A stretch of 64,000 nucleotides of DNA from Trichosphaerium sp. ATCC 40318 (lineage: Eukaryota; Protista; Tubulinea). This document shows, one piece after another, positions 1-14,123 of this stretch (the stretch's first letter is position 1; each line of letters starts with the position of its first letter). The position numbers were made by a program, and so were the translations under genes. The DNA lies in contig JALMLS010000140.1 of NCBI GenBank assembly GCA_038496445.1, positions 31,546 to 95,545 of the forward strand. Reading direction: 5' to 3'. Below the pieces are notes generated by a model. That model searched no databases. It was given only the letters and a program-made list of their open reading frames with translations, and was not told the origin of the DNA.

Positions 1-2426
1 TACACGAATTTCTTTCAAACGCTATCAATACCTTGTGTAAATGCGATTCTATCACTTTTACCACCTAAAGACCTTATATGCTTTTCTTCGCTTTCAATAA
101 AATGCAAACAACACGTTGATGTCAATTTCGGGTGGCAAGAGTACTTAAAAAACCAAGTAGAAGATCTAAAGCGACTTTCACATCAAAATAAGGTTCCTCT
201 CCCTTTTGTACCAAAACATGTCCATAACAAGCGCGACCTTGCTGTATATATGCACGCTAAGCAGTACTTACAATATCAAAGTGAAGCAACCAATAGTTTG
301 AACGAAACACTTGCTGCTATCGACTTATTTTCGAACTGTTCGAATACATCTGACCGGTGGATACTCTTGGGACTAAACCAACTTGCAACTGAAGCAAAGA
401 TATCTAACATAGTCCCTGGATTCCTTGAGTTTGCACGTGATATTACTATAGCATTGTTATCTATGTACTTTCTCTATAGACACTTCTGTACAGTGCACTG
501 ACTTACTTAGGATGCTGCTCAATGCATTGGAACATCAACAATCAACAGATAAACAGAACTTAGTTGTTCAAGGATCATCTGTGGAGCATGGATACACTCG
601 ACTTTGTCAACAATATCCATCACAGTATCCGTTAGTAGATTTATCAGGATGGGAACCTTCCAATGGTAGTTTGGAAAGTGCAATAACAAGATTGAGTATC
701 CTCAAAGCCAAGGACATTAATCTTGATGAATACAATTCACTTGCGAAATCTTACATTGTATGTGAAATGCAGTATTTCACCTTTGTTTACAAAGTTTAGG
801 ATTACGGAGTCAATCTTCCCAAAGGATTTCACTTGTTAGCACTTCTATCAGATGTTGATGATTTGGGTTACAGCATCTCATTGAGTGCATTGAAACGTGT
901 CAACACTCTCATGTGTAATGTGATTCTGAATATATTCAAACTGGCTGTTTCTGTTGCTGAGAGTAGTGGATCGAAGCAAGTGAGCAAAGGTAATCTTGAA
1001 TTTGTTTGGGTTGTGATGCAAGGACACAAACGAGGCAATCCTCGAAATACCATTGTTAAATTCCAACCAACGGTTGATCAACAAATGGAAAGACTCGTGT
1101 ACTTGTACCTTTTGTTTCCCTTACTCTGACACTTTTTTAGATCCAATGAGATTGATGTTGAAGAGAAGTACTTGGAGGGTGTTGACATATCTTTGTGTGA
1201 CATTATAATCATCATATTCTCTCATGTGACACCTATAGCCAAAGTGCAAGCTGCAAAATATGCACTAGGCAGTAATTGCAAGTAAGTGAATTTATCAAAA
1301 TCCATTAAACTTACGCTTTAATATCAGGTACTTGAAGAACCAATTCACAAGATTCAGCAATGAACAAAACATCTATCAACTTGTTTTATTGGAAGGTGAA
1401 ACACTTGAGTCTCTTCTCATGGTCCTTGAGTACCTCTCAACATCTTCTCTTGACAAAATCAAAGCTCTTACATGTGTTGAGACAATAAGTAGTGTACTTA
1501 TTCGCTTGGGTCATGTACAGAACTAGTAACGAAATCGTTTACTTATCTATTTATAGTTTGTAAAAGAGGACGCTCAGGAACAAGTTGTTCTTGGTTGTAA
1601 AGTGGATTCTTTAAACTCTATTTCAATTTGCCAATATCTACTACCATCTGTTGTAGAGCGTACACCAATTATTGATTTTATTATAAAGAAGCTACACTAT
1701 TTAAAGAATTTAATATCAGTGGCTGATGGTCCAGTATCTCTTCCTCGTAATGTATTTAATATAGTTGAGGCACAACCAAAAAGAATTGATCTGAAACCAT
1801 GTGACTTATGGCTCATTGCACGTATGTATTTTCGCACTTGTAGGGCTTTGGTTACAACTAACCTGTATTTGCTTTTATAGATGCTTCATCTCTACCTGAT
1901 TTAGGACGTAAATATGCATCACAACTGCCAAGATACTTTGCACAGTACTTGTTGACATGTTACAAACCTGAAGATTTGTACTGGCATGAAAGATGGGGTC
2001 CATTTGTATCCATCGAGACTTTACGTTCTGAATCTAGGTTACATGCTGAAGCATGCAAAGCTGGCTTTGAGGCGTCAACTAGACAATACCATATTGAAGA
2101 AAAATGTGGTGAAGTGTACCTTGAAGGCTTCATATTGTACGCCTTTGTCTAGGCTAAACTAGTACTTTTTTTAACACATGCGCAGAAGATACAAGCTTGA
2201 AGGCAATGACTCTTTTTTGACATACAGTGAAGACTTAGCCTCAAGGAATGTGTTATTCAACATTTTATACAGCTTTGATGGTTGTAACTACGTGAGTTTG
2301 GAATCAGGAAAAAAGACATCACAACGTTATTATACAACATTGTACATAAAACCGTAAGTCCGAGCATTTTTCGCAATACTCAAACAATGTAGTGTTGCAA
2401 TCAACGTCATAAAGCAAGAAATATGA
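1..2426 (+). CDS. F-box / tandem histone-fold / BTB protein, copy 1 (5'-truncated by window edge; about 7 introns)
   Basis: Spliced GT-AG exons give F-box (FFQTLSIPCVNAILSLLPPKDLICFSSLSIKCK), H4-like segment (GLNQLATEAKISNIVPGFLEFARDITIALLS), second fold (ISLSALKRVNTLMCNVILNIFKLAVSVAESSGSKQVSKGNLEFVW) and BTB (LCDIIIIFS...AAKYALGSNCKYLKNQF...ETLESLLMVLEYLST). Intron positions match three paralogs. The 3' end assumes a final intron (GTAAGT at 2354); otherwise the stop is at 2357. Confidence 0.85.
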
Positions 2427-2963
2427 TTGTAGTTCGGCTGGTTGCCCCAAACTTGGAGTTACTGCCAAACTTGCAACGATTACTACCTATTTTAAATACA
2501 AACTCTATAGTAATGACAGTATAAATAAGTATTTTACTGGCGTTTGATAAGTGAGAGGTAGTTGTTTAAGTGCGGTAGTATCGTAAAACAACATCAGCAG
2601 GTAGCAGTTCTATACAATGCCAGACTACGGTTCAAAAAGTTTTTGTGTTGAGTGAATGCTTCAATTGATTTATGTAATTTGTTGTACAAGAGATAACTCC
2701 AATTTAATAAATGGGTACGTGATCCAAGGGGATCGAAGCAGAGTGATACGTATTCTCTCCTCCAATCTGGTATTGTAGATCAACAAAAACACGTGAATCT
2801 AACAGTTTATAATAACCTACCCAAATTTTGTTCTCTAGTTAAATATGTTCACGTGCTTCTATCGTGCGGAAGATAAGTCATTACAGCGCATTAGGGATGG
2901 CGGCGATGTACCAAGCTAGATTCCAAAAGTCTTCGTGATTCAAAATTTCTACTGTTGAGCACA

Positions 2964-4496
2964 ATGGAGTCTGAGCCTATCGAAGAGATACAACCAAAAG
3001 GAGAGATGAAAGTGGTAGTGGTGACAGGCGCTACTGGCTTTATAGGAGGTCATATTGTTAAAAAACTTTTGGAAAAAGGCTATTCCGTTCGTGGAACAGT
3101 TAGAAACCCTGACAATAAGGAAAAAACTCAATTTCTATTGGATATAGCTTCAAAAGCCAAAGGAGATTTTAAGCTTTACAGTACACGCGGTTTAAAGTAA
3201 TACAACACGTTTTAATGCATATTTAGAGGCAAACTTGTTAGACGAAGGTTCATTTGAAGAAGCAGTTACAGGTGCCGATGCCGTTATTCATACAGCTTCC
3301 CCTGTTATAAATACTGCGCCTAACCCAGAAGAAACAATTGTAAACCCTGCGTACGACTCTGAAGATGTCCTTTTTTTCGTTTTTTTTTCTAATATGTACT
3401 AATTTGTATTTAGAATCAAGGGTACGTTAGCTGTTTTGAAAGCTTGTAAGAAAAGCGGAACGGTCAAAAAGGTAAAATAATGTACCTGTTTTGGTGTCAG
3501 CACGTGAAAAAACGAACCGTTATTTTACTGGTTTCTTTTGTATTTGTCGTGTATGTGATTGTCGCAGCATTAACCCTCTTGCGTAGGTTGTCATGACATC
3601 GTCCGTTGCAGCTATAGCAAACACTACCAAGGCACCTCATGGCACGCCTGCAACATTTACAGAAGAGGACTGGAACACAACATCAGAGATTTCGAGTGAA
3701 GTTCGTTTTTTTGGCAATACAATTTTTTGAACTAATTTTTGTTTCACTTAGCCATACCCAGTCAGCAAATCACGTGCGGAAAAAGCAGCTTGGGATTTCG
3801 TTAAAGACGAAGAGGGTCTGTCTCTTGTAACTATATGCCCTGCGCTTGTTATGGGACCCGTGCTCTCAAAAAACCCTGTTTGCGAAAGTATTGGTATTTT
3901 ACTTTCGTACGTATTTGCTAAAACTTGGAATTTTTTGTCTCTGTCTTATCTAAAGTCTGTTGGTTTTAAATTTTTCCAAGGTTGGTAAAGGGCTCCTTTC
4001 CAAGAGCTCCAGATCTACATTTTTGTCTGGTTGATGTAAGAGATGTTGCCGATGCACATATAGCTGCTATGGAGAGTGAGAAAGCTAATGGTATCGCTGC
4101 TTAAACGAATTACTTTATTAATCACGTGTACAGGTCAAAGATACATATGCACTCGAAAGCAGCTGTTCTCACTATTGGACGCATCTCTGCTAGTTCATAA
4201 AAACTTTGCAACGCTTCCAGTACCATTAAAACCTATGCCTAACTTTGTTATGTATCTTGTCGCCCTTGTAGACTCAAGGGTAACATGGAGCTGGCTAAGA
4301 AAAAGGCTAGGAGCGAAATACATATTCGATAATGCCAAAATCATTGAGTATGCTTTATTTTTATATTTCTCTATTGTACTTGACCAACATGGTTTATTTT
4401 AGGGAGCTTGGTATAAAATTCCGCGATGCTGAGAGTTCGCTGGTTGATACTGTTAATGCACTTGCTGAGCAAGGGCATATTGATAAAATTCAATAA
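2964..4496 (+). CDS. NAD-dependent epimerase/dehydratase (dihydroflavonol-reductase / aldehyde reductase II-like SDR)
   Basis: [14 protein letters not shown] Rossmann motif, [21 protein letters not shown] (YxxxK), [10 protein letters not shown]; canonical short introns restore frame. Confidence 0.92.
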
Positions 4497-4918
4497 AAAT
4501 CACGAAAGTTTTAAGAATGGTGTTAAACCGCGTTAGTTGAGACATAACTGACTTCAGTTCACATATGACAGTTGTGAAGTGAAGCTTTTGAGGAAAAATC
4601 ACGTGTTTTAAGATTAAAAGGGTCTTTTAGGTATTATGTTAACCTAACTTTTAAGGCCACTTAGTGAGTCGAGTTGTAATGAGTTGCTAGAAGGTTTCAA
4701 CTGTACACGATAAAAAAATCTCATTAGCAGATCACTAATCGTGCCTTTTGTGCCAACGCTTCAGCCATGATGTGACAACCTGGATCACTTCTGTGAACCT
4801 AATAGTGACGTCATATCAGATACAAACAAGACAGCAAAACAAAGACCCTACTTTTCACTTAAAAGCTAAAGTCCCAAGTTACCCTGACATTAAGCCCATA
4901 CCATACTACAAGGAAACC

Positions 4919-6835
4919 ATGCTTTGCGCAGCATCAGGAGCTAAAGGGGTCGTAAGCTTTACTACAAACATTGACAGAGGCCATTTACCTCCTGCGAGTA
5001 GCATAGCATACGAAGGGCTATATTATAACCATTATTTCAATGTTGGCGCTCAAGAAAAGGAAAAACCGTTTTCTCCTCGTTTTTTCAGCGCTATCACCAA
5101 GGATCCTATCAATGGTGCGTGTACAAACATATTTATGGTACTTTGTAACATTGCTCAACAGGTGAAACCGAAAAGTTTGTTTGTGTTGGACTGACTGGAA
5201 ACTTGGATGGTCCTGGTCTCTACGAGAACAAAGGACGTTGGCCTCTTGATGTTGTGGTCGTTATGGACATTAGTGGCTCCATGGGAAATATCTTCGGACC
5301 AAATTCAAAACGCAAGACAATAGTACGTCATACTTTAAGCCCAAGGCAGAACGACTGTACCGTGAACTAATCCCTTTTTTTTCTTGTTTTCTAATGTTCC
5401 GCTAATGTCCCTTCCGTTTAGATGCAAGTAGCAAATGAAAGTGTTGTTTCAATGTTGGATAACCTACGTGATGATGACTCTTTTGGGATGGTGTTGTTCG
5501 ATACAAATGCATCTACTTTACAAGAACTAAAAAGATGGAGCGATATTGACAAACAAAATCTATCCAAAAAGATATTGGATGTTAAAGAGCGAGGAGGCAC
5601 AACACTATCCAAAGGTAAGACTACATTCCTAGAACAACGTTTGTTCTTGGCTTTGAGCTTAAATAGTTAATAGGGTTCGAGGCGGGCTACAAGATGCTTC
5701 AAGGATCAAAACAAGAGAAACGTAGAGAAAGAAGATTGTTTTTCTTCACAGATATGTTGATATCGAAGGTACGTTAATTTTTGTTCTGATCTTAGCGTTT
5801 CTAGCTTCCTATTTTGTTTTTACAGATCTTTAGTATGAGTTTGATGCGGGGTTAAAATCTCAATTCCAAAAAGCAGCAGCAGAAGGGATTTACTCATCTT
5901 TTGTTGGCATGGGAATAGATTTCGATACTGATGCTGTTGAATGTATCTCATCAGTAAAAGGGTGTAACTACTTCTCCGTCAACACTCCAAAGGAGTTTTC
6001 AAAGTTAATGAAAGATGAGTTCGATTACATCACTACAATTGATGTCTTTGATGCGCAAATTAAATTGAGCAGCAATGTTGTTACTCCTGAATATGTTTAC
6101 GGTTCTCCAGGTAATTGTTGTTTATCTCATTACTTTCTTGTATGCTTAATCACGTGATAGGCAATGAAGTTCCAAAAGATGGTGTACTCTGTAAAATCAC
6201 AAGTTCAAGCCCTAGTTTGCTTGATCACGGTAGAACCAAAGGAGGTGTTATTGTTGTCAAGGTTTCATCAAAGTCGAAAGAAGCCAACATCTTTTCAGTT
6301 GAGTATGTTTCAGTTTTACTTGCTTCACGGATTTTATGTTATATTTTTTACCTCTGACTATTCCAAAGTACCTCGTACACAAGCAGGGAAGGTGAGAAAT
6401 ATCAGTTTTCAAATCAGGTTGAATTTCCTAAACCTACAGTAAGTTGTTTTCGTTTTACCAAATCATATTCATGTTTGGCTTATTGTTGCTTTGCTAGGAT
6501 ACTGATTATTTTGAAAATGCATGTATACGCAAGGCAGTATTGTTAACACGTTATGTTCGTTTTCTAAAGAGCTACTTAAATGCTGAAGGTCCGTTTGTTG
6601 TTGTTAACTTACGTAAACTTAACTGAATCTTTTAGATAAAAAAGGGTGGAACCAAAAATTTGATGTTTTTAAAAAGTATCTTGAAACTGAGGTACGACAA
6701 ACTGTAGTTTCAAAAAACAAACAAATACTCAAACTTTTAAAATTATAGATTGATGTACTGGAAGAAGATGAAGAGGCTCTCACAAAGGAGTTAGAAAACT
6801 TTGATAAAATTCATAAGCTTGCAATGAAACAATAA
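4919..6835 (+). CDS. von Willebrand factor A domain protein
   Basis: LDVVVVMDISGSMG (MIDAS DxSxS), GGTTLSKG, LFFFTD, SFVGMGIDFD, N-terminal YEGLYYNHYF. Start codon uncertain because the frame is open upstream to 4748. Confidence 0.85.
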
Positions 6836-8037
6836 GATTAAATTACTAATTGTTTTGTAAACCTTCACACATGACTCACAACTTCAAACTGCTTTTTTCT
6901 TCACAGTAGAAAACTGAAGTTTCTGGTGCGCCACTACAAAGCGCCTATCCTTAAAGCTTTCACTTCCAAAGTTGTTTAGAGCCGGGTTATGTTAAGCTCC
7001 GCTTTTAAAACAAAATTATTTGCACTCTTGAAAACGTTTTTATTGTTTGAAGCTTATTGGCTTTTTGTTTTAATCGGCGCTTTTGTACACCCACACTCCC
7101 TTTGCGCGTAATTAACGGCGTCCAGAGTATTGTTGCTCGATTTTAGAGAGCAAACCGCTTTTTCAGCCATTACCTGCTGTACAATGTATATAACTTCTGG
7201 TACCATCTAAGTGGAGCTTGTTATACGTATAGAGAGACTGAAGCATCATGAGCAAGTGCTCAAGGAGCATATGCTGATACTTTCCTGAAAAGGCAACAGT
7301 TCTTACTTTTTTAGTAAATAATTTTTTTCACGCTTACAACATAATTTTACGCTTTCACACTCCGTATCCACAAACGTACGTTTTAAAGCCGATAAGCATT
7401 ATGGAATGCTTACGTAATCTTCCTTTAGCTTACACCTCAATAATGTCAAAAAGAGATGAAAAGCTGAAGCTCAACAGTATCACCTCTAAGTGCAATCCAT
7501 TATGTATTTGCCATAACGGATTTTATATAATCTTTTTAGCGAGTTTCCTGCCTTATTTAAGCTACAAACGCTGAAAAAATCTGGCATATGGACTAAGCAC
7601 AGAAAACTCGCTACGTTGTTAGTTCGCTTTCTCAGATGAAGCTACTAAATTGGGATATCCCACTTTGTACTGCGTAACTAATAGAACACTTGCTATATTA
7701 CAATAGTGTGTACCTTGTGACCTAGGAGCAACGCAAATAAAGCGAATTGAATTGGTGTACAGGAATTGTTCGAAAGATGTGAAATGTGGCACAACTAATG
7801 CGACTAAATGGCTCTGTTCGCTTTTGGTTGGCCTGTTGGATCGCTCGGCATAATAACCCGACATTCGCTGACAAAAAGGATTGGACTAAGATTAAATAGG
7901 AGTACCCTATGCGCGTAGTAGTATAAAGCATCTAACATAATATCGCGGTATGTCCGGGTTAAGGAGAATTGTGATGTGATATCCCAAAAAGGTGTTGTTA
8001 CGGAGGTACGATTATTTCATAATTATCAACAATCAAC

Positions 8038-8445
8038 ATGCAAGCAACAACTCTAGTATTATTATCCGTAATTGTAATCATTTGCATCACGCAGGTAACA
8101 TGCAGACGTGAGAGATCTGAAGAAAGCGAATCAGTAAGTACTTTTAGTTTTTTTTGCTCTAGCTTTCAACACTAGTGTACCTTCACAGCAAACATAGGCT
8201 GCAAGGTTATTTGTTTCTCCGTACTTCGCTATTTTATACTACTGTTTGGTCGTCTTATAACTTCTAATGAATCATTATAGCTTTGGTCTTGTTGTGTTGA
8301 AGTAAAAGAGACATGTCACAGTGCCGGTTTTAAACACTGCGAAAGGTATTCAAATCAAGAGTATTGTATCAGTCATGTATTGGAACATTGCTACTATGAC
8401 GTATATAAGCCATGCCTTAAAGGAAATTATCCTACTTGTCAATAA
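8038..8445 (+). CDS. Small secreted cysteine-rich protein, 101 aa, 3 exons (8038-8133, 8176-8220, 8281-8445)
   Basis: Signal-peptide-like MQATTLVLLSVIVIICITQVTC; two phase-0 GT-AG introns give a stop-free frame with 11 Cys in the mature part. Absent from the ORF track. Confidence 0.75.
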
Positions 8446-8972
8446 ACATGCAACAACTTTACTACTTTTTAAGGCATTTTTAAGCTAATCACTAAACAAT
8501 AGTTCACTGGCAGCGAATTTGCCATCGTGAGTTTTTTTTTAACTGCATAAGCTAAGTTATGACATGTGCTAGTGTTAGCAAAAGTGGCGAAGTGGTAGTC
8601 CACTATAAAAACGACAATAACAACTGTCTTGTTTTTTCTCCAACGTATCACGTGATTTAGTTTTTTAAGCCCAACGCTGTTAGAACCCTCTACAAGCCCT
8701 GCTACTAACAATGATTCGTTTTTTGACTTTTCAATAAAAAAGTAGTTCGCTGCTTAATAACGCATAGTCTGTCATTTAAGTTTGCTAAACTTTGCAACTT
8801 TATTACTGTTTGTGAGTTTTGGTTTCCTTGTTTAGTCAGATTGACAGATCTGCTACAAGCTCTGTTAGTTCTTACAGAACTGACAATTTTGAAATGTGAA
8901 CCACGTTTTTGGAGGATTGCTGGGCGGGAAATTAGCCCACTAAGTAATTGTTTAAAACAAAATAGCATTACC

Positions 8973-11491
8973 ATGAACAAGCGCCGCAATAACAGTACGC
9001 TTGCGTCGCACCTAAAAGTACCAAAATAAACGCCATTAAATAGATGTATTCACGAACTTCTCCCAAATGTTGTCAGTACCTTGTTTAAATGCTGTTCTGT
9101 TATATTTACCGCCTAAAGACCTCATTTGCTACTCTTCACTATCAACAAAGTGTAAACAACACGTCGACATCAGTTTTGATTGGAACGAGTACTTACACAA
9201 TCAAATTGAGAATTTAAAGCGTCTATCACGTGACAAGAAGATACATCTACCTATTCTCCCAAAACGAGCGTATACTAAGCATGATCTCGTTCTATTCACG
9301 ATAACCAAGCGCTATTTATTGCGCCAAAGCGAAGCGAGTGCATTGCTGAACAAAGCGATAGCGTACCAGGATTCTTTCTCAAACTGTTTGAATACTCCTG
9401 ATATCTGGATGCACGTGGGGCTACGACAACTTTCAGCTAAAGCCAAGATTACACTTGCACTTCTTGGATTCTATAAATACGCACGTGACATAACTGTTAT
9501 GGTATTATCTACGTACATTATAAACTATTCTTGAACTGAGTTAGCTAACATCTTTGTTTATTAGGATACTGCTCAATGCATTGGAACAACAATCAACAGA
9601 TAAACAGAACTTAGTTGTTCAAGAGTCATCTGTGATTGATGCGTATAAACAGCTTTCTCAAGAGCATCCATCATGTTATCCACCTTCGCCCTCAGGTGAT
9701 GTCTTGAAACCCTCCAATAATAAGTTACCTGCCATAACAAGATTGAGTCTCCTCAAAGCCAAGGATATCAACGCTAAAGAATATAATTCATTTGGGAAAT
9801 CTCATGTCCGTAAAATACGTACTCAACATTATTTACAAGGTTTTAGGACGACAAAGAACCAGTTAATCTGACCAAAGGATTTCACTTGTTAGCACTTCTA
9901 TCAGATGTTGATGATTTGGGTTACAGCATCTCATTGAGCGCATTGAAACGTGTCAACACTCTCATGTGTAATGTGATTCTGAATATATTCAAACTGGCTC
10001 TCTCCGTTGCTGAGAGTAGTGGATCGAAGCAAGTGAGCAAAGGCAATCTTAAATTTGTTTGGGTTGTGATGCAAGGACACAAACGAGGCAATCCTTGAAA
10101 TACCATTGTTAAATTCCAACCAACGGTTGATCAACAAATGGAACAAATAATGTACTGTTACACTTTTATGGCTAGAAATGTACAAACAGTTTTGTGTAGT
10201 TGGGTGATGTTGATGTTGAACAGAAGTACTTGGAGGGTGTTGACAAATATTTGTGTCCTGTTACGATCATCATATTCTCTGACGTGACGCCAATAGCCAA
10301 AGTTAGGCTACCAAAGTACTTGGTAGGAGCTAAATGCGAGTATGTCCCCTCTTTTACATCTATACTGAACTTTAATATTGAGCAATAGATACTTGAAGAA
10401 CCAATTCACAAGATTCAGTAATGAACAGGACATCTATCAACTTGTTTTATTGGAAGGTGAAACACTTGAGTCTCTTCTCTTAGTACTTGAGTACCTCTCA
10501 ACATCTTCTCTTGACAAAATCAAAGCTCTTACATGTGTTGAGACAATAAGTAGTGTACTTATTCGCTTGGGTCATGTACAGAACTAGTAACGAAATCGTT
10601 TACTTATCTATTTATAGTTTGTAAAAGAGGATGCTCAGGAACAAGTCATTCTTGGTTGTAAAGTGAATTCTTTAAACTCTATTTCAATTTGCCAATATCT
10701 ACTACCATCTGTTGTAGCACGTACATCAATCATTGATTTCATTATAAAGGAGATAGACAACCAGTTCATATCAGTGACTGACGGCCCAATATCACTTCCT
10801 CGTAATGTATTTCATATTGTAGAGGCAAAATCAGAAGAATTCTATCTGAAACCATGTGACTTGTGGCTCATTGCTCGTATGTATTTTAATGCTATCAAGA
10901 TTTCCAATTAACTTCGCTAACTTGCATTTATAGATGCTTCGTGTCTACCTGATTTAGCACGTAAATATGCATCACAACTGCCAAAATACTTTGCACAGCA
11001 CTTGTTGACATGTTACAAACCTGAAGACTTGTACTGGCATGAAAGATGGGGTCCAATTGTATCTATCGAGACTTTACGTTCTGAATCAAGTCTGTATTCA
11101 GAATCATACTATAACGAACGGCATATAACAGGAGAAGTGGAAGTAGTTGGTGACAGTGGTGAAATTTATCTTGAAGGCTTCATACTGTACGGCAATCTTC
11201 ATAATAGTTTGTTTATTTTTGTGCAGAGAATATGTATTGTATTCTGGACGTTTGAGATTGTCAGAAGAGTTGAGAAAAAGAAACGTGGTCTTTGATGCCT
11301 TATACAGCTTTAATCAATTTAGTAACTTTTATGTGACTATAAGCTCAGGCAACGTAAGTCGCTACGATGGAGATAACACTATTTATATTCGGCCGTAAGT
11401 TTTAAAGTAGTTCTTGAGCATCACACAATGCCATAACAAAGTAACGTTACCTAACTTCTCTAGTATTACTGAAGGTGATGATACCAATTAA
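8973..11491 (+). pseudogene. F-box / histone-fold / BTB protein, copy 2 (probably disrupted)
   Basis: Collinear with copies 1, 3 and 4 but has TGA at 10096-10098 where paralogs have CGA (Arg). The next acceptor (tag|ttgggt, about 10199) is one base short relative to copy 3 (cag|gtcaggt), predicting a frameshift. Confidence 0.75.
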
Positions 11492-11600
11492 GCGCTCATT
11501 ACAATAAATATAGCACGTGCACATGCTCAGAAAACAAAAAAATGTAACAACTGTAACACCTAAAAAGACACTTTGAAATCTATTTTGTTATCATGTTTTA

Positions 11601-14123
11601 TTAGCATATCATGTTATTGGTTATTTTGTATTTCATTGCAATAGTGAGAACATTCTTTGTCACAACAAAAATTGTAGTAGGCTCTCCGTTAGACATCTTT
11701 TGCATATTTCCTGTTGTATTTGTGTTTTGTAGTCTATCACAAGCATACCAAATAGAATGTAAACCATAAAAAGGTAAATTGCAAGTTAAACTTGCTTTGC
11801 TTTGGTCATTTGTATATTTGTACTTACTAAATAAAGTAAGTAGAGAAAATAGTTATGTTGAAAAAAACACGTGCAATATTAAGCCACCATAGTATACTTC
11901 TCCAGAATCATTATTGGTTAGGAATTCAGCTTTATAAATGAATTGCCTCTCAGTGAGTTCTTGCGTTGTATAGATTTTTGTTTCAGAACGTATAGTATCA
12001 ATGGATACAATTGGACCCCATCTTTCATGCCAGTACAAGTCTTCAGGTTTGGAACATCCCATCAAGTACTGTGTAAAGTATTGTGGAAGCTTTGATGCGC
12101 ATTTACGTGCTAAATCAGGAAGAGATGAAGCATCTATAAATACAAGTTAGCATGATGAAGCAGGTTAATGAAATACTTACGAGCAATGAGCCACAAGTCA
12201 CAAGGATTCAGTCCAATTGTTTTCTCCGTAGGTTCAGAGTTAAAAAAACCTTTGTAGTACTGTTTAGTCATCAATTCTTCCAACATTTTAAAAAACTCAG
12301 GATTCACAAGTGCTGGTCCTTCGTTTGCTGATACTAGTTCAGAAACATTGTATAGGGTACATAGTAATATTTCATGAGTAGATTTTTGGTTTGGTAACAT
12401 ATATTGAATCATTGAAATTGTCTTCGGGGTGTATTCTATGCAGCTATGAAAAACGTGGTTCTGACCAGTCATATCAGCAAACTGTTTGAACATTAGATAA
12501 AACATCTTTGGCAATAGTTCGCACATGTCCAAAACGAATCATCATACCGGTTTTTGTTTCAGCAGATGTATCATTGAATAATCTACTATTACAAGATGCT
12601 ACGTAGTACTCAAGAACTAAGAGAAGAGACTCAAGTGTTTCGCCTTCCAATAAAACAAGTTGATAGATGTCCTGTTCATTACTGAATCTTGTGAATTGGT
12701 TCTTCAGGTACCTGTTCCATTAATAAGCTCAGTAACATGATAATTTAATGTACGTACTTGCAATTACTTCCCAACGAGTATTTAGCTCCTCTAACTTTGG
12801 CTATGGGTGTCTCATCAGAGAATATGATGATTGTAACATCACACAGAGATATGTCAACACCCTCCAAGTACTTCTCTTCAACATCAATATCACCTGACCT
12901 GCACAAAACTGTTTGTACATTACTAGCCGTAAAAGCATAACGTACATTATTCGTTCCATTTGTTGATCAAGTGTTGGTTGGAATTTAACAATGGTATTTC
13001 GAGGATTGCCTCGTTTGTGTCCTTGCATCACAACCCAAACAAATTCAAGATTGCCTTTGCTCACTTGCTTCGATCCACTACTCTCAGCAACAGAAACAGC
13101 CAGTGTGAATATATTCAGAATCACATTACACATGAGAGTGTTGACACATTCCAATGCACTCAATGAGATGCTGTAACTCAAATTTCCAACTGCTGATAGA
13201 AGTGCTAACAAGTGAAACTTCTGAACTACCTGTAAGTGTTCTGTTTTAAGTACTTTAAACTAATATACACACCTTTGCAGATTCTATTTGGTCGAGAGAA
13301 TTATATTCTTTAGCATTGATGTCCTTGTCTTTGAGGAGACTCAATCTTGTTATGGCAGGTAACTTATTGGTGGGTTTCGAGATATCACCTGAGGGCGAAG
13401 GTGGATAACATGATGGATGCTCTTGAGCAAGCTGCTTATACGCATCAATCACAGATGACTCTTGAACAACTAAGTTCTGTTTATCTGTTGATTGTTGATG
13501 TTCCAATGCATTGAGCAGTATCCTATAATAAAGTCAGCTATACAAATTTTACGGGAATCAATAAATAGTAATAACGTACACAGAAAGTACTGTAACAGTA
13601 ATATCACGTGCGTATTCAAAGAACCCTGGAAGAGTATGTTCAATACCAACGTCTCGCGCGATGTTATAGAGGCCCATATTTATCCAACGTTCCGCTGTTG
13701 TTGTGCAATTCAAGAACAAGTTATGTTTCGCCAGTGCTTCGTTTAAGTGTGCTGTCGCTTTTGATTTGTACTTTATGTATCGCTTCACGTGTACGAAGAG
13801 AGCGAGATCACCTTTGTTATAGACTCCTTTAGGCAATAGGGGAGGAATTATGTTGATTTTGCTTGAATTAGCGAGAATAGCGTCTCTTTGCTTCTCAAAG
13901 TACTTCTGCCACGTAAAATTGGCGTCAACGCGTTGTTTGCACTCTGTTGACAACGACGAAAAGCAAATAAGGTCCTCAGGTGGTAGGTGTGATAGAATCG
14001 CATTCAGACATTGCGGGGACAGCGTTTGGAAGAAATTTGTGGAAATATCGACCCAATTAGCGTCTAATACGATGTTATCCAAATAATACGACTGTTTATT
14101 GTACTTGGGCGCCTCTTGTTCAT
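11601..14123 (-). CDS. F-box / histone-fold / BTB protein, copy 3 (last intron GC-AG)
   Basis: MNKRRPNANWVDISTNFFQTLSPQCL...; H4-like GLYNIARDVGIEHTLPGFFEYARDITVTVLS; same intron positions as paralogs; the junctions I checked restore an open frame to TAA at 11601. Confidence 0.85.

Noticed and set aside
6860-7931. Gene between the vWA gene and the Cys-rich peptide
   Set aside because: Splice-like signals and short ORFs exist on both strands, but I could not assemble a stop-free model.
10096-10098. TGA reassignment (Trp/Sec/Arg) as explanation of the in-frame stop
   Set aside because: Paralogs have CGA here, Trp is encoded by TGG throughout, and TGA ends other gene models (28292, 51871, 58439). 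A point mutation is simpler.
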